Shown piece after piece: positions 1-13,900 of a stretch of 64,000 nt of DNA; position 1 is the stretch's first letter; every line of letters starts with the position of its first letter. Made by a program: the position numbers and the translations under genes. Location of the stretch: assembly GCA_012295275.1 (NCBI GenBank), contig CM022665.1, forward strand, positions 16,740,001 to 16,804,000, read 5' to 3'. The stretch comes from Chrysomallon squamiferum. Lineage: Eukaryota; Animalia; Mollusca. The notes below the pieces were generated by a model, which saw only the letters and a program-made list of their open reading frames with translations, was not told the DNA's origin and did no database searches.

Positions 1-883
1 AGAATTTATTTTGATAAATTTTATTTTTGTTTTAAAATTAATTTTATTTTTAATTCCTTTTCATTATTTATTTATTATCATTACTATATGAACAGTACTA
101 CCATACAGGATTAATGAAAAGATTAACTGCATAATGTTCATATATTAAATTGTTATTGTACCTCAATAGTCTTTTTACTACTACTGTGTACTTCTTTTCT
201 AAGCCTCTATGGAGTGATAGCTCTTAACTGAGGTGAAACTGACTTGATTAATAAAGGTCATAAGTTTTTGTGACATAATAAATAAATCTGTTTCAAAGGC
301 ACTGGTTCACTGTGTAATAAAGGCATCAAGAATATGTTATAAGTATGTATGCAATGTATCAAAAAAATGTACAGTTTTCTTTTATCTTAATTCAGAAAGA
401 ACATTGCTCGAAGCACATACTAACAGGGAAAGCAGATGTCATGTTAATATATGTTTCAGTGGTATTTTTTAAATACCTTTATTAAAAAGACTTAGACACT
501 GAAAAACATGAGCAGTTTTTAACTCATCTGAGGTATGGTGGCTCTGAGGATCAATTCCAGTTTATCTCTACAACTGATATATTAAAGGCTCAGGAAAGTA
601 TTCAATTTATGAAAGATTCCCTTCTATTATTTTAAAATGTCTAGTCCAGTGAGTGTCAGAAAGACAGTTTGTTTTCTTTCATAGCAATACAAAAACTATA
701 TATGTTCAAAAGTTTTCAATATACGTAATACTTTATATACTGCTGAATAATAATGGAATAATAAAATTTTCAATTACTTTTACACTTTTCTTTAAAAAAA
801 CCCATAAATAAATAAAAAATTAAATTAAAAAATTGGTGATAAGAAACCAGGCAATTAGGCATTTTTTAAAAATTATTTCCCAT

Positions 884-1176
884 TATAATGGTGCCCTCCC
901 AATTAGCCAAAAACCCAACCAAATCAATCTATTACAACAACATTGGGTTTTGGCTAGGTGGGAGTTGGGTGGTATGGGATTAACTTCAGTCCGTCTATTG
1001 TATTCGCATTATAGTCTGTATCAATACCTCTGGACATCAGCATTGTCCCTAAAAGGGATGGCTAGTTTGCATGATTCTCGTGATTATCGGATAATACACT
1101 GGGTGTAACGAGAAAAACACCTGAAAACACCTTTATTTCAACCTAGTTTTAGGCTAGGTGGGAGTGAACCATTATA
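884..1176. mobile_element. MITE-like non-autonomous DNA element (~290 bp) with ~31 bp terminal inverted repeats
   Basis: Left end TATAATGGTGCCCTCCCAATTAGCCAAAAAC (884-) matches the reverse complement of the right end, TATAATGGTTCACTCCCACCTAGCCTAAAAC (-1176). Both termini are TA. A further inverted copy of the TIR core lies at ~943-964 (TTGGGTTTTGGCTAGGTGGGAG). GC-richer than the flanks; no transposase. Confidence 0.7.
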
Positions 1177-1876
1177 ACATGTATACCTTATAGATCTTTT
1201 GATAAGCAAGGAATGGAGATGGATTTCCTGATTTATAAGGATTTGGGAGAGCAGACCAGCACTGAGTTTGAACATACTCTTTACTGGCAAATGGTTTACT
1301 CATTTGATAATTGATTAATTAGTCATCAGTTGATTACTCATCATTATAAATAATATTAATCAATCCTTCAATTAAAACTGTATATTGTATTTATCAAGCA
1401 TTAATTAGGACTAACTGAATAAAAATATTAAATATTTCCATGACAAAAAAAAAAAAAAAAAAAAATTAAAATGAAGGAATTTTGTTGAGTAAAACTATGT
1501 TTAAAAAGAAAAATAAAGTGTCTTGGATATTTTGACTAATGCTATACAGACACATATACATGCTCATGCACACATGCACTCAAACACTGAAACAAATTAC
1601 AAATTTGAATAAAATTTCTGTATACTGTAAAAATGCAGGATCAATAACATTAATGCCGTTATAACATCTAATATTTAACCTTTATAAAATGATTTCCTTA
1701 TAGAATATGTATATATATAAAATAAAATAAAAACATAAAAAAAATGGTTAAAGGGAAAGGAAACTATTTTTGAAAAGTAGATGACAAACATGGTCCTGAC
1801 CTATTTGTTTACAGATCTAAACTAACAGATAATCAATCACGCAGTGACAAGAAAAGTAAATAAATAATTTTTTAAC

Positions 1877-2806
1877 CTCAAGTGCTTCCACTGCATTCAT
1901 GTTCTCAATGTCCCGGAATGCTAGCTCTGGAATTAAAAATTCAGTAAATTTTAAAAGTATTCCAGCAGTCTATAATTACAACAATAACAATGTTAAAAAC
2001 TAAATATAATATTTTATTATTTTGTTTTGTGAATAAATATAACATGACACCAGTAAGTGATTAAAAGAAAAAAAAAAAAAAAAGATTGAAATATCTCCTC
2101 ACAAATTATTACCATAGATCAACTAGAAAAAATAAATTTTTGTGTTATCTCCAATTATTCCACCTAATTAAATTCAAAATAATGTCAATTTGGTTAAATT
2201 TTAATTATAATATATTTTTAAATAATTAAATTGTCAGAATATAATTTTAGTTGATAAACTAAATACAGAGGAATAAATTCCAAAAGACAACTGAATTTAT
2301 TTAAGGTACTGTCTCAGAATTCTTAAAAAGGTTTGTCAACTGTATCAAAAAAACAACAACAAACAACAACAACAACAAATGTTTGTGTCATTTGGAAATT
2401 TTTTTCATAGCTAAAACATTTGGTTGAATCTTCATAGAAATTTCTTTGCTCTGATAAAATCAAGTCTGGAAAAGTTGTACTTTAGATCTAATTTCAACAA
2501 AAACATTTTACTCAGATATGGTTTGTTTGTCTGTTGTTTATGTAAGAATAAGGTCACACAAAATGCAAGAAACATCATAAAGCAAATAAAAGCTGTACCC
2601 TTTTAAAGCTTATCTTCTGCTGTTTTTCAATTTAAAAAAAAGAAAGAAAAAAAAAATGTGGGCAGTATACACTTTTTGTTTTCAAAGTATTAGATCAGAT
2701 TCATGTTACAGAATGTTTTTCGTTAATTTTGAGGAATGAGTAGTAGGTCTGCTGGAGTTATTTCCCTTAATGTTGTATGCACTCAAGTATGTGTATTCTA
2801 TCTACC

Positions 2807-2837
<31 letters not shown>

Positions 2838-5800
2838 AATCTCATTATCAACATTAATTATAATTAAAGCTAAAATATATTATTAAAAAAAAAAAAAAAA
2901 TTTAAATCCTACTTCAAGAAAAAAAAGAAGAAAAAGAAGAAAACAGAAAAAGAAATAAAATAAAAACAGACCCAAGAATGATAAAGAACAAAAACGTAAC
3001 TTTACTCGGATAATCTGTTTGTCACTAATACATCAGCACATTTTTCCACCAATAAAAAACTGATACAAATTCTGTAAAGATAGAAAACAATATCAAACAG
3101 TACCTTGTTTAGCTGCAGCAAGATCATCAAGCTCATTGTCTCGTCTTGCCAATTCCTGTAGCAGATAGTTTCGGTCAGCATCTGTGGAATTCAGAGCCTG
3201 GCGGAAATCTTGTCGCAGTTTTTGTTCTCTGAGAATCCTTTCGAAAAGTTCATTCCTAATCCATTTCAGTTTATTCTGTAACACATTAGTTACACATTAA
3301 ATAATTTCTCTACTTTAAAATAGAATATATCTGAAATAAAATTTCTAATATTCTTCTCAGACAGAATGTTAAAATTAGTATTTAACAGCATATTCAGTGA
3401 AATCTTAGTTATTTCAGACAATAAGCAGTAGTTTAAGAACAAAGCAATTATATGGCAATGGTTTGAACATAATACTGATAATGAATACTTACTTTAATAT
3501 CACACATGAGGTAACTTGGACTCTTATTGCCAGCTACGACACCATTCATAGGCTGAAATAAAATTATTTTAAATATTTTAAAAATAATAATAATAACATC
3601 ACTTATATTGAAGGTGCTTTGGAACAAGATTATAAAATATATTATGAATATTAAATAATAAACCAGTATAAATTAACTGACGGTTAGTGTCTACATGTTA
3701 ATAATAATAATAATAAAAAATAATAAATAAAAATACATATATATTTAAAATAACAATAACTGTTACAAAAAACAAGTAAGGAAATTTGATTTCAGTACAC
3801 TTTATTACCAATAAAAACCAATAAAATTGTATTTAATTACTTGATATTTTGAAACAGCGTCTGGTTTTCCAGCTTCCACCAAAACATCTGTTTCCAGAGC
3901 AATTTCCTGAATCAAATTCTGAAATTAAAATTTAAATAGGTAAATGAGATTTTCATGACTAAACAGAAAATTTAATGCAGATCAATTTGTCATACATTTG
4001 TTTAATATAGAGAATAAACTCTTATAAGGAATTATACAAAAAGATTGAGGTTTATAAAATGAACAGTTTAAGTATTTGATATTTGTATATATACACACAC
4101 ACTCACACACATATAAATTTGTTCATAATAATGAAAAGCAAAAATATAATTCTAGAGGATGTAAACAAAAAGTAAATGTAAAAAAAAAATAAAAAATAAT
4201 AATAATAACAATAATAATAATAATAATAATAAAATAAAGAAATAGAGAGAAAAAAAGCGTAATTTATGAACTTACATATTGTTGTTTTTCCATGTTTCTA
4301 AGCTGTGTTTGTAATTCATAGAGCTGGTCATCCAGTCGTTTCACTCTGTAATAATTGAAAAAAAAAAAAAAAAAATTAAATAAAAGAATAACAAAACAAA
4401 TAAAGAAATTCTTCCATGTCAACTATTAATAATAATCAACTTAAGTGGAAATTGAAATTGAAATTCTTCTTTTTTTTAATGTTAATATTTAAATATATTT
4501 TTGTTTCAATATATCAAATACATGATGTTAACACATCAAGCTTTTAAAATAAATAGATATAAAAATAACAATAAAATAATTGGTTTTATAAAAACACTCC
4601 AAACCAATTAATAAATGTTTATTTACCGTACAATGTCATCTTCTGCAAGATGTGCCTGAAACGAAGGAAAGCATAATGTAAAATGCTAGTATTTAAATTA
4701 AAAATAAATTAATAAAAATAATAAAATTTAAAAAAAAAGTAGAGACAAGAAGAAACAGGAATTTTAAAAATGAAAATGAAAAATAAAAATAAATATATAA
4801 AATAAATTAAATTAAGAACAAATAATAGTAATAATAAAAATAAATTTATTTAAGGAATGAATGATGAAATTATGTACTGACAAAAGCAAATTTTCTAGCA
4901 ACTGTTAGTACACTAAAACTAATAAACTTATTAAAAAAACAAATCAGTCAAAACATCACACAAATGGCTATTAATTATAATTACATAATTAAATGACAAC
5001 TTCAAGTCATCTAGAAATCCAGTAGAACTGATCTGCAATCCAAGAAGAGTTTTGTTTACGAGGATTAGGTTAATAATAGCAGTTTGTTAAATGAAAGAAT
5101 AAAGCAAGCTTCTGACTACATGACTTGTAATATCAAACTACATCTAAATTTAAGAATATAGATCTTGTTATGTTAGTTTTAAGTATAAACACCCCCTCAT
5201 CAAAAAAACACAAAAAAAAAAAAAAAAATGTAGTATTACAAATCATATGCATTTGACAATGCAATTTGCAATCCTACAGTACAAAGAGTTAAGGATATTA
5301 TGATCGTTATTGTTATTGGTTGAGTTTTTCCCAAGACTATAAACAGTGATTTAGTACAACAAAGCAGATTAATGAGGAAATATGATTAAGATAAGATAGT
5401 AATAAGAATTAGAACAAAAATAAATATTAAAATAAAAATTAAATGCAAATACAAAAACAGATTTTTTTCCCAAATATTATTATGTTTTTGAATAAAATGA
5501 AACAAAAAAATTAACACCAAACGTAAACAAAAAAAAAAAAAAAAAAAATATTGATAAATATAATATTACCCCCCCCAAAAAAGTTTATTATACCAATGCA
5601 TAATTTTATTGATATTAAAACAAATCAATGTTTCATCTACCTGAGTTTCAAATTCTTGTCTCATTAATTCAAGTTTCTTTACCAGTTTCACATTGTCATC
5701 TTCATACCTACAACAAATCAAATAAAAAATAATAATTTTGAACAATAACAAAAAATTTAAAATTTACAAATTAAAATAACTGAAACGCTAAGAAGCATAA

Positions 5801-7454
5801 AGTCAGATTTAAAACAGTTAATAAAAATTTAAAATATTATTTGCAACTGTTACACTGCTGCCTTGATATAAGAAAATATAAAAACAATATAATAATCTGT
5901 GAATTAACCAATAATTCAAAAACTAAATTTACAGTGAAAATATTTTTATTTATACAATAACCCATTATTAGATTTTATGTACAATAGCAAAAAAAATAAA
6001 AATAAAAAAATAAAAAAATAAAACTAAAACTAATATAAACAAGTAAACATCAACAAAACACAGAAAAAACAAAGTTAAAAGATTAAAGTAAATAAATAAA
6101 GCAAATACAGAGGTATTTTGAAAGGAATTGATACCAAAGATCTTTGATTAAATTTTGTTGTATATAACATATGATTTAAACTGAAATGCTGAAACATTTA
6201 ATGAGATAGGTAAATGAAAAATTTAAATAAATACTCACTTCTTAACAAGTGATTGTAATCTTTCCACTTCTTGTTTCAATTTTTCTTCATTCCTTTTAGC
6301 AATTTTTGAAACAGACTTTTGTTCCTCCAACTCAATCTGTATAAGATTAAAATAAAAACCAGTTAATAATTTACATTTACAGAAAAGAAAAACAAAAAAG
6401 AAGTATATTTTTAAGAATAAATACAAATAAAATTTGAAATAAAAAAATAAACTGAAAAGCAAATGTAAAAAATAAAATATTACAAACATTAATATACAAT
6501 TCCAGAATCAAACAGTGAACCAACACAATCATGAAATTTCAGTTTAAAGTGAGTACATTTTTTTAAATACTATATATTATTTTAATTTAAAAACAATATA
6601 AAAAATTAAAGTTAAAATGAAATAAACTACCAAAATAATGGGTTTTTTAAATGTAAAATCCAAATAGCCATCTGAAAACAATATTCAAAATTATTTTAAA
6701 TAATAAGCTGCATATGAAAATTAACACTGAGTAAAAAATCATAAAAACTTCATCTTTCTTCAAAAAAAAAAGAAGAAAAATAAATTTATTTATTAAAAAT
6801 TAAATTGTTTAGTTCATTTTACCATCAAAGCTTGCAATGATGCTTCATTTTCAACATGTCCTCGTTTAAACCTTCGAGACAAATCATGCATTGTGTGTGC
6901 TTCCCTCACCTGTTAACATATTTTAAACTTAAGTGTTGTGACATTTCATACTAATAAAAATTACTTAACAAAATACTGCTATATATAAATTTGAACCTTC
7001 TAGGATTGCATAAAATTTACTTTACAAATTTACAAATTTAACTTTCTTATATTTCTTGCATCCAAAAATAACATAAGAAATAAAGTATGGAGTAAGCAGG
7101 AAGTTCCTTTCTTTAAATGTCTAGTATATATAAAATATAAAATAAAGAACAATCAGAAAAGGTAAAATATGCTATGTTAATTAAACATTTCTCATATTTA
7201 GCTATTTTTTCAATTTATTTTTCTGAGTTAATTAATTTATTTAGTTTTTTAATTTACAGGAAGGAAATAATTTCTAGATCTTCTGTGTAAAATGTAAATG
7301 AAGAAACATCAGAATTAAAATCTTCATAATATAAATATGAGATCTGTTATTTTTCAATGTTAAAATCATACATATATATATTAAATGATCTAACCTTGGC
7401 TTCATTCAGTTCTATCTTCAATCTTTCTATTTCTTTTTGATGGTTGCTTCTCTC

Positions 7455-7510
<56 letters not shown>

Positions 7511-7885
7511 TTAATAACAATATTTTATATATATCCATTTTTCAAGTTCATTTAGATATTAATTTTCCTAAAAACATTTTTGTTTATTTTTTCATTTTAT
7601 TATAATTTATTAGTTATTTTAAAAAAGTAACACATCTGGTTAATGTGTTAATTCAGACCAAATAGATTTAAACTGCTTTATTTTTAAAATACACAGTGCT
7701 AATTATCCAATTTAAACTACTTTGTTAATGTTAATTAATCTGGTTTACATATAATTTTATTACTATTTTATTTTAGTATAAAAGTAAAAAACCTCAAAAA
7801 GTTGTCTTTTATAAATTTCACTCTCTTCTTTGGCAGCTTTTTCTCTATGCTGTAGTTCCAACACTAACTGGTGTAAATCCTGAAC

Positions 7886-7931
<46 letters not shown>

Positions 7932-10900
7932 TAATAATAAAGCTAATAAAACAACTAATAACACTACCTGAAGCACAAAAATACAAACTAGATTTATATA
8001 CATATATGGAAATTGTTTAAGTGAATAATCTGTTAATTATTTTCTATCAAATATTTTGTTTGTATAACAAAACTGTATTACATATCAAACAAAATAGGTA
8101 TATTACATTTATTAGTATTTTTTTAATGAATAAAAATATATACATATACACTCATATATATATATATTTATTTATTTATTTTTATGACTGAGAGAGAGAA
8201 AGAGAGAGACATTTTTTGGATGGGTCTGATTGGTCAGAAACAAAGAATTAAAATAAAGGAAAGAAGGATTATACTTAGATATTAAAAGCTTTAAAAAAAG
8301 AACTCTAGCTAAGAAAATATTTTAACATACATGTATTTTCCCATTAGCTTCAGCATACTGAGCTGCTAGTTCTGCTTTTACAGTACTAAGTTCTTTAAGT
8401 TCCATCTAAAGCAGATAAACATTTATATTTTTAACATTTTCTGTTAAATCGACAGACATTTTCTTGAAATATTTTAGTAATATTTCTGTTTTTACAATAC
8501 TAAGTTCTTTAAATTCCATCTAAAACTGATAAAAACTGAATACAAATTACAAAATTATAATTTTATCCAAAGTAAAATAAAAATATAAGAATAATTAAAA
8601 ATATCTGAAATTAATTTAAAATTTATACTCATTTCATTCTGATCCATTTAATAAACATTAAGACGACCTCAAAACTGTATGTATCTGATTGGTTAAAAAT
8701 ATACCTGAAGCTGATTTGCCTGATCCTGAGCTAATAGATGTGCTCCTTCAATTGCTGAAAGTCTATCCTCCAGTCTGTGTTTATCTGATGATACATCGGC
8801 TGATCTTCCTCGCAGAGAATGCAGTTCATTTTCCATCTGTGAAAGAAAAAAATTTCATAAGGAAAGATATGAAAGTAAGTTATAAAATTAATATGAAATA
8901 AGTAAATAAAAATTAAAATTGTCATAATTCTAATGTTTATTTAATTTACAGTATATGGGTAAATAAACTCAATATTTATATCAAATTTTGCAAAAAATGC
9001 AAAACAATATTAAAAATAAAACCCCCAATATATTCGTACTGTACTTACTCTGTCAGCTAGGCTGCGGACATCTCTAAGTTCTTTTTCAAGATCCATTCTT
9101 AAAGATTTGAGTTCGTTAATTTCTATATCTTTGAGTCGCAATTGTTCATCTTGTGCTGCCCTAACAGCCTACAAAAAAAAAAAGTAAACTTAAACATGTT
9201 TGCATACATTTAAACTTCAAATAATTTACTATAACTTAAATAGCAGATGTTAGAAAATTAATCAAAATACTGAACTGGTGTTGCTAAACAAAATATTTGT
9301 TATCAAAATGAAAACTAACCAGAGCATCACCAAGCTCTTTTTTCAGTCCCTCAAACTGAAATCCAGTGTGTGTATTTTGATGTCTGTTAGCCTCCATCTC
9401 TTTGATCAGTTGTTCATTTCTGTGCATCATCTGATTGCCAGCATGTTTCTGTCGATCAAGTTCTTTCTCGAGCTGTTTCACCTTCATTTTCCACCTGTTG
9501 AAAGAAATGGAATGACAGCTGCAGATCTACAGTTGTTATTTAAATAATAATATTAAATGTGCTATAGATATTATTTGCTGGTTGTATTAGGAAGTATACC
9601 TATTGTGGTCTAAAGTTGTATTTGCTTCTGCAGACCAACCTGTACTAATAACAAATAGTTTTAAAATACATAAGTAAACAAAACTGAAAACACTGGGTCT
9701 ACAGTTTTTCCTGACTTTTTCCCTTTTTTTTTTCTTTTTTTTATGCACTCATAATATCAAGTTATTAAATGAAAAATTCTGTTATCCTGAAAAATATAGC
9801 AGCTATACCAATGATATATTCAATGCTGATGAAGAAATCAAGCACAATAAGGTAAAGCATTGTCAGTTTCTATATACCATCTTTATATTTTTACATTAAT
9901 ATGTAGAATTTAATGTCATAACCACATCTTGATTTATCACCTTCAGGCAATTCTTATTTTTTACTCATACGATTTTTTTGAATTATATTTCTATGTAGAA
10001 GACAAGATAAATATCCATGAAAGAAAAAAAAATATAAAAGTATTTCTATATCAATAAAATAATATTACTTTTTGCCTGCAAAAGATTAGTCTATAGAAAG
10101 AAATAAATACTTTAAATTCCTAGACTACAGGTATTTTTTAATTCCACTTTATTTCTTTGAAAATCCATATACTTACTGTCTAACAGTTTCCTGAGCTCTT
10201 GTCTTGTATTCTTCTTTCTTTTTCTCAGTGTCATACAGAGACAGCTGTGTGTTTTTTAGTTCATTAGAGGTTTTTTCCAAATCTCTTGAAGTTTCTCTGA
10301 ACTTCTGTAACAAGTCTTCCAGCTGGGTGGCAAGTAATGTATTTTGTCTGTCAGAGCCTTCACACTTATCACTGATAGCTTTCAACTCCATTATTAACTT
10401 TGCATTCTGCTTCTCTCGATTTTCTAAATCCTTTGATAAAGTCTAAAAATGTGAAGCAAAAATGGTAAGAAATTTACTAGCAAAAATAAGAAAAGAAGAG
10501 GTAAATTTAAAAAATAATAATAATTTAAATTAAAAAAAAGAAATAAAAGAAATAAAATACAACAAAATAAAACAAAATAAATTTTAATACTGACATCTGT
10601 CATTTTACATAAAAAGAGAGACAAGAGGAGACAAGAGGAAGCAAGAGAGAAGAGAGAAAGGGTGTGTGTGTATGAAACCTCATAAATGTAACTGTTAAAG
10701 TATGTTCAGAGGTAAATTTATCAACATTAATTAATTTATTACCTCTATGTGATCTGACAACTGCATTCTCTGACGTTCACTTTTCTCTAATGCTCTTCTA
10801 AGTTCATCCACCTCTGAGACTGCACCAACACTGCGAGCCAACTGACCTCGAAGTTCCTGGATTTCCCGTTCAATACTCTTCCTACCATACTCATCCTCCA

Positions 10901-13900
10901 CTGTAATTTAAATAACCATTACTTATTATAAATTTAAGATAAATAATAAACATAAGAAATTGTAAATACATCATTTAACACATCTATACTCTCCCAAAAA
11001 AGAAACGCAGAATGGTTGATTTCTTAGATAACTATTGTAAACTGATACATATCGATGTACAAACTGTGAATATAATGACATTTGGTGATTCAAATGTATA
11101 GCTTTTGTTACAGTTGCCAAAAAGCAGGTAACACAAAATAAAGGCTACAATCGTGTTTATTAGCCAAAATGTCCCCTCATGCAAACCATGTTACCAGTGC
11201 ATGTGCATGTGCGGCACATGAAACTCGAATATGTGGGTTATAAAAATGCTAGGTTTTCGAATACTTCTGTTTGTTATTTTTGTTCTGACCCAACATCAAA
11301 CAAATGCCACGACTGAATGAACCGCAACGAAACAATGCCATCGGCCGTTTACAAGCTGGCGAATCCTTCTCAGCTGTAGCCCGGGTGTTCCATGTATCCC
11401 CAAGCACCATCTTGAGATTGTGCTATCAGTTCCAGCAACATTAAACAACATGTGACTGTCCCAGATCAGGTAGACTACGTGTTACCACCAGGGCCCAGTA
11501 CCGCTACATACGGGTACTTCATCTATGGGAAATAACCACCACGGCAACCTCTACTGCTTCAGCAATACCAGGTCTGCATAGAATATCGGCTCTGACAGTG
11601 TGCAATCGTTTATGCAAGGCAGGTATTCAAGCCAGACGGCCTGTAAGAAGAGTGGTTTTGACTCAACAACATCGTTGACTATGACATCAGTGATGTCAAG
11701 TGCACAGTCTGGTCTCAATTACGATGGAGAACTGTCTGGTTTAGTGGTGAGGCTTGATTTCTGCTTCATTGAGCTGATGAAAGATGTCGAGTTTACAGAC
11801 GTCGTGGTGAACGTTTTGCTGCAAACTGCATACAGGAAGTGGGCAGATTTGGAGATGGTAGTGTGATGGTGTGGGCAGCAATCTCATACACTGGCAGGAC
11901 CAACCTGGTTCACATCCAAGGCAACTTAATGGCACAGAGATACTGTGATGAAATTTTGCAGCCACATGTCGCTCCAATTATGAATAATGGTGACGCTGTA
12001 TTCCAGCACAACAATGCAAGACCACATACAGCCAGACTCACAACAATGTACCTACACAACAATAACATTCAGGTCCTGCCCTGGCCCTCTAAATCTCAGG
12101 ATGTGAACCCTATGGGACGAGTTGGATAGATGACTGAGGCAGCATCAACCACAGCCACAGAATCATGCTCAGTTGGCATAATTACTACAGACAGGTTGGG
12201 CCACCATTCCGCAAGGTGTAATTCATAATGTCATTACTGCCATGTGAAGGAGATGTCAGGCAGTTCTGGACTCCCATGGTGGGCACACAAGGTATTGATG
12301 TTATACTGTTATAACCTTGAACTTTAACCTTTTCAATGTAATACCATCAATATTAATGAATTGTGAAAGTGTGTGTAAAATGTGAACATTCTGCTGCTTT
12401 CTGTTGATCCATTAGAAAGATATTCCCAATGTCAATAAAATCTACTTTTGCGTTTCTTTTTTTAGAGTATATTTTAAAAAAAATTATTTTATACCTTTTT
12501 CTAAGATTAAGTAAACAAAAGAAGGTAAAATATATTCTACTAATAATTAAAGGTCATACTTCATTATTATTCAGATTCATTTAATAATTTTTACTCCTTA
12601 TTTATACTGGGGAGGTGTCACATTTTAAGATAATTTAATTTATAATATTTCACTTTGTTAGCAAAGGTTTTCTTTTGATAACAGAAGGCAATCACTAGTA
12701 TAAAAAATGTATTTAGATACTAGGTTACTTTTTTACTCTGCCAGTACTATTTTAACAAATAATTAAATAGTAACATAGTTATAACTTTTGAAAACATACT
12801 TGTTTTCCTTTTTCTTCTCTCTCTGATTTCTTCTTCCAGGGCTGATTCCTCCATCAGCATTCTACTTTTTACACGATCCTGTTCTGCTTTTGCCAGTTGT
12901 TCTCTTAAAGCTTCAACCTGAGATTTTAAAAATAAAGAGAAAGTTTAATAAAGTACATGATCCAATTATTTTTCAGTATAAAAAACAATTAAAAAAGATT
13001 ATAATTTAATATCTCCATGAATATTTTATGTGATTTTTCTTGGTAAGAAATAACATCAAAAGTACAACAAAAAAATAAAAAAAAATAAAGAAAAAAAAGG
13101 AAGCTATATAGTTGTCTGCAGTCATAACCAAAGGTTATTCTTTGAAAGCAACAATAACAATTACTTCAAATCTTTAGTATTTTGACTCAGTTTTTGGAAA
13201 AGAAAACTCACTTGTTGTTGTAATACTGATCTACTTCCTTCACTTTGATCTAGTCTTCGTTTAACATTTTCTAACTCTGACTCAAACTTGTGTTTTACTG
13301 TTTCAGTTTGAAGGTACTGAGTTCGTAGAAGATCTTCATGAACTGATGGTTGATGTTTGTTGTTGTTGTTGGATGGCCTAGAAAATTGAAATAGTAAGAT
13401 TTTAAAAAGAGAAAATAATGTAATAAATAAATAATGAATTATATTTATATATATAAAAAAAATTTGCACTGTCTGTTTGTGTGTGTGTACAATGTTTTTT
13501 TACAAGAAATGTTTTCCAGAATCAATCAAATGATAATGGATTTTTATGCTCCACCCATACACCTGGGAAGTAGGACACAATTAATGTAAGATGTGACTGA
13601 CTTTCTGTTCCATCAGTTAATTCAGCTATATGAAAAGTTTGTTATTACAAAAATATTACAAACAAAAAACAGAAACAATATCAGTAAATTCAGGTATATA
13701 AATGAAGAAGCATGTTAAAGAAAAGAAAAATATATATGTTTAAATATATATAAACATATAAAAAAATTATAATAAAATACAGTAAATCAAATAAACAAAA
13801 ATACTGGTGAATTCACCTATATAAATGAAGAAGCTAAAAATATAAAATAATAAAATAAAGTAAAATAATAAAACAAATAAATAACGTCAGTTACTTTAAC

